From Myxococcota bacterium (GTDB lineage: Bacteria > Myxococcota_A > UBA9042 > PHBI01 > JAWLBL01): 64,000 nucleotides of DNA. The notes below the pieces were generated by a model. The model was not told the origin of the DNA. It ran no database searches and saw only the letters and a list, made by a program, of their open reading frames with translations. The stretch is taken from the NCBI GenBank assembly GCA_041687695.1, contig JAWLBL010000020.1:32001-96000 (forward strand), in the 5' to 3' direction. Position numbers and translations under genes: made by a program. Below, piece after piece: positions 17,170 to 25,563 of the stretch. Within the stretch, counting starts at the first letter, position 1; each line of letters starts with the position of its first letter.

Positions 17170-17771
17170 TCGGCCCCATCCGCAAGCGCGCGGGTGGGGC
17201 CTTCGTGTTTCCAGGGCAGGACCTGGCCGGCCCATGCGCGCGCGCCGACGGGGCCATCGCCCACCACCGGGACGCCGGGACGCGCGGCGCAGCCGTCGGA
17301 GCCCCAACGCAGGGTGTCGACTTCGCCGCCGCAAGGGTCGAACAGGCGCAGCGTGCCCGACGCGTTGGCGAGCCGAAGCGACCCGATGGGCCACGGGCTG
17401 GACGGTCCCCCCAGGACCAGGACCTCGAACGGGGCGAGGACCACGTCGGGGAGCACGTGCTTTCGGCGACCCACGGTCAGGCGCCAGTCGCGCAGCGACA
17501 GGGGCGTCGGCGAGGCGTGGGCCAGGGCGACCCACTCACCTTCGCGATCGGGGCGGTCGAGCGGGTCGGGCAGGGCGGCGACGAGCCGCAGGGGCGCGCC
17601 GCAGGAGACCGCCGGGCCGGGCGGGACGGGCGCCGCGAGGATGGCCAGCGTGCGGTCGGGCGGCAGCGGAGGCGGCAGGCCGGGCCCGTCGGGCAGGTCG
17701 GGCCATGGGGTGCACGCGGCGGCGAACAGCAGCCACGCGAGGCAGGGGAGGAGGACCGGGGTGTGCTTCAT
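17148..17771 (-). CDS. Lamin-tail-domain-like lipoprotein
   Basis: Lipobox AAAC; LTD-like PDP..PDREGEWVAL....PLSLRDWRL, LANASGTLRLFDPCGGEVDTLRW; 3' end overlaps the tRNA antisense. Confidence 0.65.
   Translation of the reverse strand: MKHTPVLLPCLAWLLFAAACTPWPDLPDGPGLPPPLPPDRTLAILAAPVPPGPAVSCGAPLRLVAALPDPLDRPDREGEWVALAHASPTPLSLRDWRLTVGRRKHVLPDVVLAPFEVLVLGGPSSPWPIGSLRLANASGTLRLFDPCGGEVDTLRWGSDGCAARPGVPVVGDGPVGARAWAGQVLPWKHEGPTRALADGADGGCGQT
17172..17210 (+). terminator. Terminator after the tRNA
   Basis: GGCCCCATCCGC...GCGGGTGGGGCC stem followed by TTCGTGTTT. Confidence 0.65.
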
Positions 17772-17783
17772 GCCTCGGGCCGT

Positions 17784-17800
17784 AGCAAAGGCCCTGCCAA
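17784..17800 (-). promoter_or_regulatory. sigma54 (-24/-12) promoter
   Basis: TTGGCAGGGCCTTTGCT = GG-N10-GC, directly upstream of the LTD gene. Confidence 0.65.
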
Positions 17801-17841
17801 GGTGGGACATGTGTCGTTTCGAGCGCTTGCGTCGGCTGGCT

Positions 17842-17904
17842 GTGTCCCGGAGTGTCCCATCCGCGGGACACCTCGGGACACCTGACACAGGTCCCGTGGG
17901 ACAC
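17842..17904. promoter_or_regulatory. Phased GGGACAC/GTGTCCC array, candidate enhancer (UAS)
   Basis: GTGTCCC at 17842 and 17852; GGGACAC at 17865, 17875 and 17898. Confidence 0.55.
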
Positions 17905-17978
17905 CTCGCCACGAGGCCCGGCGCGCGCCGCCCCGCGCCGCCCCGGGCACCGCGACGCAGGTAGGGCTCCGGCCCAAG

Positions 17979-18006
17979 TTGACACCGGTCGGGCCACGGC
18001 TAACAT
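17979..18006 (+). promoter_or_regulatory. Putative sigma70 promoter of the PEGA gene
   Basis: TTGACA-N16-TAACAT. Confidence 0.55.
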
Positions 18007-18060
18007 GGGCCGCGCGCCAGGGACTTTTTCCTGTGCGCCTCAGGAGTTGCAGGAGTCTTC

Positions 18061-19650
18061 ATGCAGATCGTCGGCGCCATCGTCGGGAACCGCGCGGCGC
18101 GTTCCGGCCGTCCTGTCTGGGCGCGAGCCCTGTCGGTCTCCCTGGCCGCGTTGATGAGCCTCGGCGCTCCCGTCGCCGCTCAGGCCCAGACCGGCGGCAA
18201 GCCCGTCCGCGTGGGCCTCGAGCCGTCGCTCGCGGTGCTCGAGCTGTACGTCGGGGACCAGACCTACGACAAGACGCCGGACTACGTGCGCAAGGTGACC
18301 GAGGAGCTGGCGAAGACGGGCCGCTTCTCGCTGCTCGACCGCGCCGACGCCGAGCGCCAGATCCGCGCCGTCATGACGACCTCGGTCCGCCGCGTCACCG
18401 AGGACAAGCTCAAAGAGATCGAGCTGCTCATGAAGAAGGGCGACGATCTCCTCTACACGAACCCGAAGGAGGCCATCGAGATCCTGGCGAAGGCGAAGAA
18501 CGAGCTCAAGGACATCATGGAGACGATCACGCTCAACCAGAAGATTCGAACGGACTACTTCAAGACGCAGATGATGTTGGCGCGGTCGCACTTCGACAAC
18601 AAGAACCGCCCCAAGGCCGCCGAGATCCTCGAAGAGATCATCCGCGTCTTCGGCGACGAGGTGAAGGTCACCGAGGAGGAGTACCACCCCGACATCGTGG
18701 CCCTGTATCGCGACGCCTACCGCAAGATGAGCGCGATGCAGAAGGGCCGCGTGATGGTCCGCACCGAGCCGGCCGGCGCCGAGGTGCTCATCCACGGCAA
18801 GGTCCAGAAGGAGGGGAGCCCGGCCACGTTCGACGGCATCTACCCGGGCGTGGTGGCGGTGCAGGCCCGCAAGGGCGGCCGTGAGTCGATGATCCACCGG
18901 GTCAAGGTCGACGCGGGCTCGACGACCGAGCTGACCATCGACATCGACTACGAGACCAGCATGGCCTTCAGCGACGCGCAGTTCGGGTTCACCTTCCCCG
19001 ACCAGGGCACGCTCAAGGCGCGCGTCGCCGACTTCGCCTCACGCATCGGAAAGCTGCTCAAGGTCGACTACGTGCTGGTGACCGGCCTCGTCGAGGCGGA
19101 CGGACGCACCAACCTCGAGGGTCACCTGGTCAACGTCGACAAGGTGTCCGTCGAGCGCACCGAGTCGCTGTACACCAAGGCCAACGTCGTCTCGGCCAAC
19201 CGCTCCGAGCAGCTGGCCATGGGCATCGCCGACGAGGGCTACGTCCCGCCGCCGCCGGTCTACAAGCCCTGGTACACCAACGTGGTGGGGTGGTCGGGCG
19301 TGGGCGCCGGTGTCGTCGCCGGTGTGATCGGCGCCGTGATGTGGTCCGACTTCGAGGCCAAGCTCGAGGAGGTCAACTGCACGGCGGGGCCGCCGGCCTG
19401 CAAGACCTACACCGAGCGTGTGGCTCTGGCCGGCGACGCCAAGTTCTCGCGCACGATGGGCGGCATCGGGTTCGGTGTTGGTGGCGCGTTGCTCGCCGGT
19501 GGCGTGGCCGCCTTCATCCTGCTGCGCGAAGAGGACACCGACGCGATGGCGGCCGACGCCGACGCGCCTAACGTCCCGCGCCTGCAGGCCCTGTCGCCGA
19601 CCTTCACGCCCGATGGTGGCGCCGGCTTCGGGGCCGCGTTCACCTTCTAG
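18061..19650 (+). CDS. PEGA domain-containing exported protein
   Basis: AGGAG RBS; signal peptide (AQAQ); helical TPR-like part; PEGA-like GRVMVRTEPAGAEVLIHGK; C-terminal PWY motif, Gly-rich hydrophobic segments and terminal Phe. Confidence 0.8.
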   Translation: MQIVGAIVGNRAARSGRPVWARALSVSLAALMSLGAPVAAQAQTGGKPVRVGLEPSLAVLELYVGDQTYDKTPDYVRKVTEELAKTGRFSLLDRADAERQIRAVMTTSVRRVTEDKLKEIELLMKKGDDLLYTNPKEAIEILAKAKNELKDIMETITLNQKIRTDYFKTQMMLARSHFDNKNRPKAAEILEEIIRVFGDEVKVTEEEYHPDIVALYRDAYRKMSAMQKGRVMVRTEPAGAEVLIHGKVQKEGSPATFDGIYPGVVAVQARKGGRESMIHRVKVDAGSTTELTIDIDYETSMAFSDAQFGFTFPDQGTLKARVADFASRIGKLLKVDYVLVTGLVEADGRTNLEGHLVNVDKVSVERTESLYTKANVVSANRSEQLAMGIADEGYVPPPPVYKPWYTNVVGWSGVGAGVVAGVIGAVMWSDFEAKLEEVNCTAGPPACKTYTERVALAGDAKFSRTMGGIGFGVGGALLAGGVAAFILLREEDTDAMAADADAPNVPRLQALSPTFTPDGGAGFGAAFTF

Positions 19651-19668
19651 CCGCGACCGATGCTCGCG

Positions 19669-19696
19669 CGAAGGCGGCCTCTTGGGGCCGCCTTCG
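19669..19696. terminator. Terminator between convergent genes
   Basis: CGAAGGCGGCC-tcttgg-GGCCGCCTTCG followed by TCGTTT. Confidence 0.65.
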
Positions 19697-19712
19697 TCGT
19701 TTCGAAACTGGG

Positions 19713-20126
19713 TCAGGCGCGCAGCGCGTCGAGGAGCGGCGCGTTCGCGGGCGGCATGGGCAAGGCGAGCAGCTCGGCGCGCGTGACCAGGCGCAGGGCG
19801 ATCGCGGCGAGGGGGCGGGGCTCGGGCTCGCCGGGGCGCGTCGCCGTCTGGAAGAACAGCAGCAGGACCCGCCGGTCTCCGTAGTCGTGCCACGAGAAGG
19901 TGAGCGGCGTCGGGGACGTGACCTCGACCCCCAGCTCCTCGCGCAGCTCGCGGATGACGGCCTCGGCGGGGCTCTCTCCCGGCTCGACGCGGCCGCCCGG
20001 CAGCTCCCACGAGCCGCCGAGGTGCGCGTCCGGGCGCCGCTGCGTCACGACGTAGGTGGGCTCGCCGTCGCGCGCGCCGTGGCGGACCAGGCCTATGGCG
20101 ACCAGGACCGGGTCGGTTCGGGTCAT
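19713..20126 (-). CDS. mutT: NUDIX hydrolase, MutT-like 8-oxo-dGTP diphosphatase
   Basis: HLGGSWELPGGRVEPGESPAEAVIRELREELG Nudix box, C-terminal MPPAN; ATGA overlap with the upstream gene. Confidence 0.8.
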   Translation of the reverse strand: MTRTDPVLVAIGLVRHGARDGEPTYVVTQRRPDAHLGGSWELPGGRVEPGESPAEAVIRELREELGVEVTSPTPLTFSWHDYGDRRVLLLFFQTATRPGEPEPRPLAAIALRLVTRAELLALPMPPANAPLLDALRA

Positions 20127-20746
20127 GGGCCGCATCCGTGCCGCAGGTAGCTCGCGCGCGCCGACAGGACGCGCTCGACGTAGTGGAAGTTGGTCGGCAG
20201 GCCGGCGCGGCTGCGGGCCTCGTTGGGACGGCGGTGGCCGGCGTTGTAGCCGCTGAGGCCGTAGATGAGGTGGTTGTCGTAGTAGGCGATGAAGCGCTTG
20301 AGGACCCGCGTGCCGCAGTCGATGTTGGACTCGGGGTCGAAGAGGTCGTCGCACTTCAGAGCGCGCGCCGTGGAGGGCATCACCTGCATCAGCCCCAGCG
20401 CGCCGGCGCTGCTGCGGACCTTGGGGCGGAACGAGGACTCGACGCGGATGACGCCTGCGATGAGGCCCACGTCGATGCCGTGGCGCGCGGCGGCGGTGCG
20501 GATGAGGGGCTCGATCGCGCGGCAGCGTTCGCCCAGGGCGCCGCGCCAGACCTCGGCCTTGGACAGGTTGACCTCGCCCTCGGCGCGGGGCTTTCTCGCC
20601 GGGGCGGCGCGAGGCGCCGGCCGCGTCGCAGCGGCCTTGGCGGAAGGGGCCACGCGGCGCGCGGGCGTCGACCCGCCGCACGCGACGAGCGCCGCCGAGG
20701 TGGCGACGAGCAGGGCGGCGACGGCAACCGGAGACGAGCCTCGCAT
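20123..20746 (-). CDS. Lytic transglycosylase (SLT domain) lipoprotein
   Basis: Lipobox LVAC; IRVESSF, SSAGALGLMQVMP, LFDPESNI, GYNAG. Confidence 0.9.
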   Translation of the reverse strand: MRGSSPVAVAALLVATSAALVACGGSTPARRVAPSAKAAATRPAPRAAPARKPRAEGEVNLSKAEVWRGALGERCRAIEPLIRTAAARHGIDVGLIAGVIRVESSFRPKVRSSAGALGLMQVMPSTARALKCDDLFDPESNIDCGTRVLKRFIAYYDNHLIYGLSGYNAGHRRPNEARSRAGLPTNFHYVERVLSARASYLRHGCGP

Positions 20747-20835
20747 GCGCTCAGGATGCGGGCCCGGCGCGCGGGTCGCAACTTTCCGAGTGGCGGCGGC
20801 GGGACAGGGCGGGCCGGCTGGGCTACGGTCGTGCC

Positions 20836-22677
20836 ATGAGCACGAGCACCCGAACGCGCGCGACGGAGCTGCTTCAGAGGGCCGACGAAGCGCGGCGCGG
20901 GCGCCGCTTCGGCGAGGCTGCGGCGCTGTACCGGGCCGCGGTGGGCGCGATGGGCCCGCGGGTGGCGCCCGAGGTCCGGGCCCAGGTGTGGTCGCGCGCG
21001 GCCCTGTGCGCCCACCGCGCGGGCGCCCTGGACGAGGCCGAGGAGGCGCTGTTCGAGGCCGTGGGCGTCGCGCGGCAGCACGGACTGCGCGAGCGGCTGC
21101 ACGGGCTGCTCGGTCAGCTGGGGCTGGTCGTGGGCGAGCGCGGGCGGGCGCGCGAGGCGGGCGGCTTTCACCGCGAGGCGCTCGAGGTGGCGCGTGAGCT
21201 GGACGATCTCGCCGGCATGGCGACGCACCTGGGCAACCTGGGGCTGCTCGCGGCCGCGCGATCCGAGGTGGAGGAGGCGCGTCGATACCTGAAGCAGGCG
21301 CTCGCGGCTTATGTGTCGGTGGGTGACGCCGACAGCGCCGCCAACGCGCTCAACAGCCTGGGTGAGATCGAGCGGGCGAGCGGGGACGAGGCCGCCGCAC
21401 GCGCAGCGTTCCAGGAGGCGATGGACCTGTGGGAGGCCGCGGGTTCGGCCGCGGGGCAGGCGCTGGCGGCGAGCAATCTGGGGAACCTGGATCGGGTCGC
21501 CGGCCGCCTGGACGACGCCATGGAGCAGTTCGAGCTGGCGCTGGCGCTGGCGGTTCAGGCCCAGGACGCCCGGGCTCAGGCACGCGCGCACACGAACCTG
21601 GGCAACGTCGAGGCGCTCAGGGGCGACCGCGAGGCGGCCCGCCGGCACTACCTGGCCTCGGCGGAGCTGCACGAGCGGGTGGGGTTCGCGCAGGGGCTGG
21701 CGGTCGACCGCGTGAACCTGGCGAGCCTGGCGCTGGAGGGGGGCGAGCTGCACGAGGCGCGCCGCCAGTACGTCGAGGCGTTGGAGTCCTTCCGTGCGAG
21801 TGGCAACGATCGCGCCCGCATCGACCTGCAGTCGTTGATCGCGCAGATCGACGCGCGGCTGGGGCGGCTCGACGATGCGGAGGCCGCGTTCGAGGCGGCC
21901 CGGGAGGCGGCGGGCCTCATCGGCTACGAGCCGGCCCTGGCGCGCATCGGCGTGAACGTCGCCGCCCTGGCGTTCGCGCGCGGGCGCGTCGAGCTGGGGC
22001 TCGAGGGGTTCGCGCGCGGCGCGGCGGCCTTCGACGCGCTGGGGATGCCCGCCGAGGCGGTGACCTGCCGGTTGGCGACGGCCGATGCGCTTGCCGCGGC
22101 GGGGCGCCTCGGAGAGGCCGTCGCGCTGGCCGAGGCCGCCGCGCGTGAGGCGGCGGCGCGCGGGCTGGGCCGCTATCGCAGCGAGGCGGCGCTGGTGATG
22201 GCGCGGCTGCGCTGGGAGGTCGAGACCACGGCCGAGCGGCGAGAGGATCTGCTGCGCGCCGCGCGGGAGATGGAGGCGGACGGGCGGCCCATCGAGGCGC
22301 TGGGGGCTTGGCTGCTGCTGCTCGACCGCGAGGCCGAGGACGGGCGTCCGGCGGAGTGGGCCGCGGCGGCGCTGGACCGGGCCGAGGGCGTGGGGGCGGC
22401 GCCGATGCGCCTCGAGGCGGCGTCGCTGAGGATCGCGACGCGAACGGCGAGCGACGCTGATCTGGCCACGCTCGAGGCGTTGGGGGTCGAGGCCGAAGCG
22501 CTGGGGCTAGGGTTGCTGCGGCTGCGCATCGAGCGGCGCATCGGCGTGGCGCTGGCGCAGCTGGGCCGGCCGGGCGAGGCCGACGCGCGCCTGGCGCAGG
22601 CCCTGGCGACGGCGCGCGACCTGGGCGCGTTGGCCGAGGTCGCGCGCATCGAGCGGCTGCGCGACGCTATGCGCTGA
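20836..22677 (+). CDS. Tetratricopeptide repeat protein
   Basis: Repeated ~40-aa units (LGNLG, LNSLG, SNLGN, TNLGN, VNLAS). Confidence 0.85.
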   Translation: MSTSTRTRATELLQRADEARRGRRFGEAAALYRAAVGAMGPRVAPEVRAQVWSRAALCAHRAGALDEAEEALFEAVGVARQHGLRERLHGLLGQLGLVVGERGRAREAGGFHREALEVARELDDLAGMATHLGNLGLLAAARSEVEEARRYLKQALAAYVSVGDADSAANALNSLGEIERASGDEAAARAAFQEAMDLWEAAGSAAGQALAASNLGNLDRVAGRLDDAMEQFELALALAVQAQDARAQARAHTNLGNVEALRGDREAARRHYLASAELHERVGFAQGLAVDRVNLASLALEGGELHEARRQYVEALESFRASGNDRARIDLQSLIAQIDARLGRLDDAEAAFEAAREAAGLIGYEPALARIGVNVAALAFARGRVELGLEGFARGAAAFDALGMPAEAVTCRLATADALAAAGRLGEAVALAEAAAREAAARGLGRYRSEAALVMARLRWEVETTAERREDLLRAAREMEADGRPIEALGAWLLLLDREAEDGRPAEWAAAALDRAEGVGAAPMRLEAASLRIATRTASDADLATLEALGVEAEALGLGLLRLRIERRIGVALAQLGRPGEADARLAQALATARDLGALAEVARIERLRDAMR

Positions 22678-24658
22678 ACGCCTGGGGCGGCGACGCGAGC
22701 AGGGCGTCGATGGCGTCCGGGGCGACGACGTAGCCCGCGATGGCGCTGGCTGCGACGACCATCGGGTTGGCGAGGTAGACCTGCCCCGGACCCGAGCGCC
22801 CCGGGAAGTTGCGGTTGATGGCCGAGATGGTGACCTGCTTGTCGTTCAGGCTCACGCCCGGGCCGGCCTTGATGCAGGCCCCGCAGCTGGGGTTGACCAG
22901 GCGCGCGCCGGCCTTCTGGAACAGCTCGATGTAGCCCTGGCTCTCGGCGTAGCGGCGGATGTGCTGGCTGCCGAACTGGATGTACATCTCGACGCCGTCG
23001 GCGACGCGGCGACCCTGGGCGACGGCGCGGCCGAGGACCCGCGCGTACAGATCCATGTCGGTCTTCTTGCCGCCGGTGCAGCTGCCGCCGTAGGCGATGT
23101 CGACGCGCACCGGCTCGCCCAGCTGCTCGACCGGGACGCCGTTGCGCGGGTCGCCCGGCGTCGCGACCATCGGGCGGAGGGTGTCGAGGTCGATCTCGAA
23201 GGTGGCGGCGTAGTGGGCGTCGGGGTCGGCGCGCAGGACGGTGCCGCGGACCTCGTCGGGGCTCACGCCGCGGATTTCGGCGATCTCGGCGATGACCTTG
23301 TCGTCGGCCTCGATGATGCCCGTGAAGGCGCCCGCCTCGACCGCCATGTTGGTCAGGGTCGCCCGCTCGTCGAGGTTCATCGCCGTCACGCCCGGACCCG
23401 CGAACTCGAGGACCTGGCCGATGGCGCGGCCCTGCCGGATGTAGTCGGTCGCCATGATCTCGAGGATGACGTCCTTGGCCGAGCAGTCCGCGGGCAGGGT
23501 GCCGCGGACGACGAAGCGGACGGTCTCGGGGACGCGGACGCGATAGTCCTGCGTGTACCAGCCGTTGGCCATGTCCGTGGAGCCGACGCCGAAGGCGAAG
23601 GCGCCGAGCGCGCCGGCCGTGCAGGTGTGCGAGTCGGTGCCGACCACGACGTCGCCGGGGCGGGCGATGTCCTCGAGCACGGCGTTGTGGCAGATGGCCT
23701 CGCTGCCGCCCTCGGCGACCTCGCCGTACAGACGGATGCCCTGGCGCTCGGTGAAGCTCTGCTGGGTGGTGGCCAGGCCGTTGGCGCGCTCGAGCAGGCC
23801 CATCTTGAGGTGCTCGGTCGGCATCACCTGGCCGAGGAAGGTCAGGTGGTCGCGGAACGCGAAGACGGACTCGGGGTGGGTCACGCGCGCGTCCTTGCCG
23901 AAGGCGCCCGTGAACAGGGCCTCGGCCATGGGCGTGACGTACTCGTGCGAGAAGCGCACGTCGGCACGGACGAACAGCGCGTCGCCCGGCTGCACGGCCT
24001 CGACGCCGATGCGCCCGGTGGCGGCGTCGGCGACGGCGCGGCGCGCGATGACCTTCTCGACCAGCGTCATCGGACGCGCGGGCGTGGTGACGGGGGGCGG
24101 CGCGACCGAGCCGGAAAAGCGCGCCTTGGAGTACTCGAACAGGCCCCCGTGCTCGACGATGGCCGCGCTGATGGGGTCGAGGTCGGCCGTGAACTCGCTC
24201 AGCGGGATCTCCTCGCCGCGCAGGATGCGGGGCACGAGCCCCATGTCGGTCGAGGTCAGCAGGCCGATGTTCTGGCTGTTCTGCCCGTAGATCTTCTCGA
24301 TCGAGCTCGCGATGACCAGCTCGATGCCCGCCCACTTCTCGGAGTAGGGCGCCGTCTCGCGGCTGGAGCCGCAGCCCTTGGACAGGCCGGACACGATGAC
24401 CGAGAAGCCGCCGCGCTTGAGGTCGCCCTGGCCGATGGCCTTGCCGCGAAGCCCGACCAGCGAGTACTCGCCGAGGGTCTCGTCGTAGAAGAAGCAGACC
24501 CAGCCCGGCGTGATCTCGTCGGTCGAGATGTTGTCGATGAGCTTGCGCTCGGGGTCCCAGTCGAGGTCCAGGCCGGCGAGCTGCTGACGGACGAGCTCGA
24601 GGTCCTCGGTGAGGAAGAGGATGCGGCCGTTGAACTTCACGCTGGGGGCGCGCGCCAT
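22667..24658 (-). CDS. Aconitase-family dehydratase, fused small (swivel) and large subunits (LeuD-LeuC-like)
   Basis: N-terminal DNISTDEI and GCGSSRE; C-terminal DSHT, GGSCTGG, CGACI ([4Fe-4S] Cys) and NRNFPGR. Confidence 0.9.
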   Translation of the reverse strand: MARAPSVKFNGRILFLTEDLELVRQQLAGLDLDWDPERKLIDNISTDEITPGWVCFFYDETLGEYSLVGLRGKAIGQGDLKRGGFSVIVSGLSKGCGSSRETAPYSEKWAGIELVIASSIEKIYGQNSQNIGLLTSTDMGLVPRILRGEEIPLSEFTADLDPISAAIVEHGGLFEYSKARFSGSVAPPPVTTPARPMTLVEKVIARRAVADAATGRIGVEAVQPGDALFVRADVRFSHEYVTPMAEALFTGAFGKDARVTHPESVFAFRDHLTFLGQVMPTEHLKMGLLERANGLATTQQSFTERQGIRLYGEVAEGGSEAICHNAVLEDIARPGDVVVGTDSHTCTAGALGAFAFGVGSTDMANGWYTQDYRVRVPETVRFVVRGTLPADCSAKDVILEIMATDYIRQGRAIGQVLEFAGPGVTAMNLDERATLTNMAVEAGAFTGIIEADDKVIAEIAEIRGVSPDEVRGTVLRADPDAHYAATFEIDLDTLRPMVATPGDPRNGVPVEQLGEPVRVDIAYGGSCTGGKKTDMDLYARVLGRAVAQGRRVADGVEMYIQFGSQHIRRYAESQGYIELFQKAGARLVNPSCGACIKAGPGVSLNDKQVTISAINRNFPGRSGPGQVYLANPMVVAASAIAGYVVAPDAIDALLASPPQAFSA

Positions 24659-24739
24659 GGGAACCACCGGGCCAGTGGGGACGTTCGCTCGGGGCGCCGG
24701 GGCGGCGCGCCCGGGTGGCCTGTTCAGGCCGGACCCAGC

Positions 24740-24769
24740 GCACTAGCGCATGGGGCTTCGCGGCGTCAA
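24740..24769 (-). promoter_or_regulatory. Putative sigma70 promoter of the aconitase-family gene
   Basis: TTGACG-N18-TAGTGC on the minus strand. Confidence 0.35.
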
Positions 24770-24822
24770 CCTTGCAGTGGCTCGGCGGCCGCGGCGCGGG
24801 CAACTCCGCGACCTCGCAGGGC

Positions 24823-25563
24823 TCACTCGGTGTGGGCCAGGAACAGCTCCTCGAGGGTCTCGCCCGCTGCGCGCATCCGGTCGAGGTCCGCGCGGTCGAG
24901 CGCGTGGATGACGCGGCCCCGGTGCAGCAGCACCACGCGCGAGCACAGGCGCTCGAGGTGCTCGAGGATGTGGGAGACCAGCAGGACGGCGGTGCCCTGG
25001 CGCAGGCGCGCCGCGACGACGGCCTTCACCTCGGCCGACGCGCGGGGGTCGAGGCCGTTGAGGGACTCGTCCAGGATGAGCAGGGCCGGGTCGCCGAGCA
25101 GGGCCGCGCTGATGGCGAGCTTGCGGGCCATGCCCTCGCTGTACTCGCGGGCCAGGCGGTGCTGGGCCTCGGTCAGGCGGAAGCGCGCGAGCAGCTCGTC
25201 GATGGCGGCGGCGGCGTCCGGCGGCGGCATCTGCCGGACCTCGGCCACGAACTCCAGGACCTCGCGTCCCGTCAGGAACGGATAGAGCGTCAGCTCCTGC
25301 GGGACATAGCCCAGCCGGGTGCGCGCGAGGAGCGGCTCGGCCGCGATGTCGTGCCCGTCGATGAGGACCTGGCCGGCGTCGGCGAGCAGCTGGCCCGTCA
25401 TGATCTTGATGGCCGTCGACTTGCCGGCGCCGTTGGGCCCGACCAGGCCGACCAGCTCGCCGGGGGCGATCGAAAGATCGAACCCATCGACCGCGGTGAG
25501 CTGGCGGAAGCGCTTGACGAGGCCACGCACGTCCAGGCGTGGCGGCGTGGCGGCGGGCTTCAC
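24823..25563 (-). CDS. ABC transporter ATP-binding protein
   Basis: GPNGAGKST, YSEGM signature variant, LILDES.NGLDP, SH switch; GTGA overlap. Confidence 0.92.
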   Translation of the reverse strand: MKPAATPPRLDVRGLVKRFRQLTAVDGFDLSIAPGELVGLVGPNGAGKSTAIKIMTGQLLADAGQVLIDGHDIAAEPLLARTRLGYVPQELTLYPFLTGREVLEFVAEVRQMPPPDAAAAIDELLARFRLTEAQHRLAREYSEGMARKLAISAALLGDPALLILDESLNGLDPRASAEVKAVVAARLRQGTAVLLVSHILEHLERLCSRVVLLHRGRVIHALDRADLDRMRAAGETLEELFLAHTE

